From an uncultured Methylomirabilota bacterium (lineage in GTDB: Bacteria; Methylomirabilota; Methylomirabilia; Methylomirabilales; 2-02-FULL-66-22), in NCBI GenBank assembly GCA_963705305.1, contig OY970067.1, positions 4,640,001 to 4,704,000 on the forward strand: a DNA stretch of 64,000 nt, read 5' to 3'. The notes beneath the pieces are model-generated. The model worked only from the letters and a program-made list of their open reading frames with translations, searched no databases and had not been told where the DNA came from. The position numbers and the translations under genes were made by a program. Shown piece after piece: positions 62,381-64,000 of the stretch. Numbering within the stretch: the first letter of the stretch is position 1; each line of letters begins with the position of its first letter.

Positions 62381-62845
62381 ATGGGTGAGACAATCCAGGT
62401 GGTGGACTACTTCTACACAGAGGCTCCGGACAAGCCGGGGGAGGGCAGCAAGCTCCTGACACAGCTCAAGGACGCGGGGGTCAATCTACTGGCATTTTCG
62501 GGCTTCCCGAAAGGCCGCCGGACCCAGCTGGACTTCATTCCAACCGATGTGGCCGCCTTCAAAGCCGCCGCCAAGAAGGGGAAGCGGAAGATGGTCGGCC
62601 CCAAGAAGGGCTTCCTGATCCGGGGCGACGACCGCGTTGGAGCCCTGGCGGATCTGCTGGCCAAGCTCGCCGAGGCCAAGATCAACATCACCGCCACCGA
62701 CGCCATCGCCGCCGGGGGCGGTCGGTATGCCGCCCTCCTCTGGGTGAAGTCCCGCAACGTCAAGCGAGCGGCCAAGATCCTGGGCGCAGCGGCGCCGGCG
62801 ACCGCGGCACCCGCGGCGCCGACCCGCGAGTGGCCAAAGCCCTGA
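62381..62845 (+). CDS. Tandem ACT-domain protein
   Basis: RBS AGGAGG; PDKPGEG...AGVNLLAF and DDRVGALADLLAKLAEAKINI. Confidence 0.75.
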   Translation: MGETIQVVDYFYTEAPDKPGEGSKLLTQLKDAGVNLLAFSGFPKGRRTQLDFIPTDVAAFKAAAKKGKRKMVGPKKGFLIRGDDRVGALADLLAKLAEAKINITATDAIAAGGGRYAALLWVKSRNVKRAAKILGAAAPATAAPAAPTREWPKP

Positions 62846-62983
62846 TCGCGTTCATCCGTGGACCCTGGTCCCTCCGAGCGCCCATGGCCCACGGTCCCGA
62901 AGTCGGCCGCGGTTTGAGGAACCGCGGGCGGCCGGACGTCCCGTCCGGGGTTCGGCCGCCCGCGGTCTCCGGACGTGCTGCCG

Positions 62984-63409
62984 TCATGCTGTCTCCGAAC
63001 AGCCCTCCTTCCACCGCGCCAGTTTCTCGCGGAGGCGCTGCTCCTGCCTGTCCCGATCCACGATGAACCGATCGTGCGCCCCCTCCGCCACCTTGTCCAA
63101 TTGGTCGTGCACCTCGAAGGTGAAGCGGAGGAGGCGACGGTCAATCTCTATAAGCGCGCACCGGGCAGTGACCGTCATGCCGACCGGTGTCGCCGCCAGG
63201 TGCCGGATATCCACCCGGGTGCCGACGGTATCCTGATCCTCTCTGAGAAACGGGCGCACACCCTCCAGCGCGCAGATCTCGACGAAGCGCACCAACTCCG
63301 GCGTAGACAATACCCCTAGTCCCTGAGCCGCCAAGTGCTTCGCCGCCTGCGCCTCGGTCACCACCATGCCTTTGTCATACGTTGCTCCGACTTCCAGATG
63401 CTCCGCCAT
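62984..63409 (-). CDS. Hot-dog thioesterase (FlK-like)
   Basis: VLSTPELVRFVE, TVGTRVDIRHLAATPVG, GAHDRFIV. Confidence 0.88.
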   Translation of the reverse strand: MAEHLEVGATYDKGMVVTEAQAAKHLAAQGLGVLSTPELVRFVEICALEGVRPFLREDQDTVGTRVDIRHLAATPVGMTVTARCALIEIDRRLLRFTFEVHDQLDKVAEGAHDRFIVDRDRQEQRLREKLARWKEGCSETA

Positions 63410-63730
63410 GCTCGATTCGCCCTCCTCGTTCGGACCGTCGCGGCATCCCGCCTGCCGGTGTCGGTCTGTTTTTGGCCTTCGGCTGAGTGCCGCTCACACG
63501 CACGACCGCCGGACTCCGGCGGCGCATCCCTGTGTCGGGGGGCCGCATCCGCCGGCCCGGCACCGGTATCGTACCACAACACCGGCACACTTTTCGCGTC
63601 CCGGCTGAATTGCCTTGTTCTCCATGACTTCATACCGTACATTGCATGAGGAGCGAGTCGTGGAAATGCCGGCATCCTCGCGGCAAGGCTGGGCTGCAGG
63701 CGCTTCCCGCCGGAGCGAGTCATACTTCAC

Positions 63731-64000
63731 ATGCGTCTCTTCCTCTTCGACATCGACGGAACGCTCATGTTTGCCCATGGCGCCGGACACATCTCGCTCG
63801 TCCAGGCCATGGAAGCCACTTTTGGCACCGCGGGGCGGCACGCCGACTACGATTGGCGCGGCCGGACCGATCCGCAGATCGTCTGTGACATCCTGCGAGC
63901 GGCTGGAATCCCCCAGGAGGTCATCCAGGCCCGCCTGGAGTCGTGCTTTGCCCGCTACGTTCGCCGCCTCGAAGCCGTGATTGCCGACGGCCATCCCGTC
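63731..64000 (+). CDS. HAD family hydrolase (runs off the window end)
   Basis: Not in the ORF track. MRLFLFDIDGTLMFAHGAG...GRTDPQI; open to base 64000. Confidence 0.85.
   Translation, partial: MRLFLFDIDGTLMFAHGAGHISLVQAMEATFGTAGRHADYDWRGRTDPQIVCDILRAAGIPQEVIQARLESCFARYVRRLEAVIADGHPV

Overview
This is a gene-dense, GC-rich bacterial chromosomal segment from a diderm: it encodes a secretin, TolC and Wzi. Lineage cannot be fixed from sequence alone. Left to right it contains: capsule/EPS export (wzi, multi-SLBB wza-like), aroC, pilMNOPQ and a fimT-pilV-pilW-pilX-like minor pilin cluster, the trpEGDCFBA operon, trxA, a TA-like small ORF/nucleotidyltransferase pair, an Ntn-hydrolase, rnc-like-smc-roadblock-ftsY, ribD-ribE-ribBA-ribH-nusB, yceD-rpmF-plsX-fabHDG-acpP-fabF, icd-mdh-sucCD-ndk, der (two +1 frameshifts, probably sequencing errors) and ybaK. 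An accessory module follows: an ECF sigma/zinc anti-sigma pair split by a composite MITE, a TolC-MFP-RND pump, and small thiol/redox genes. The main finding is an ORF at 59843-59995 that is absent from the ORF track. It has an in-frame TGA followed by a SECIS-like hairpin, and its read-through stop overlaps the next start (ATGA). It is a candidate 50-aa membrane selenoprotein (UxxxxC) inside the efflux/redox operon. Other points of interest are a roadblock/MglB-like gene translationally coupled to ftsY and an RNase III with a degenerate catalytic signature. No rRNA, tRNA or CRISPR array was seen.
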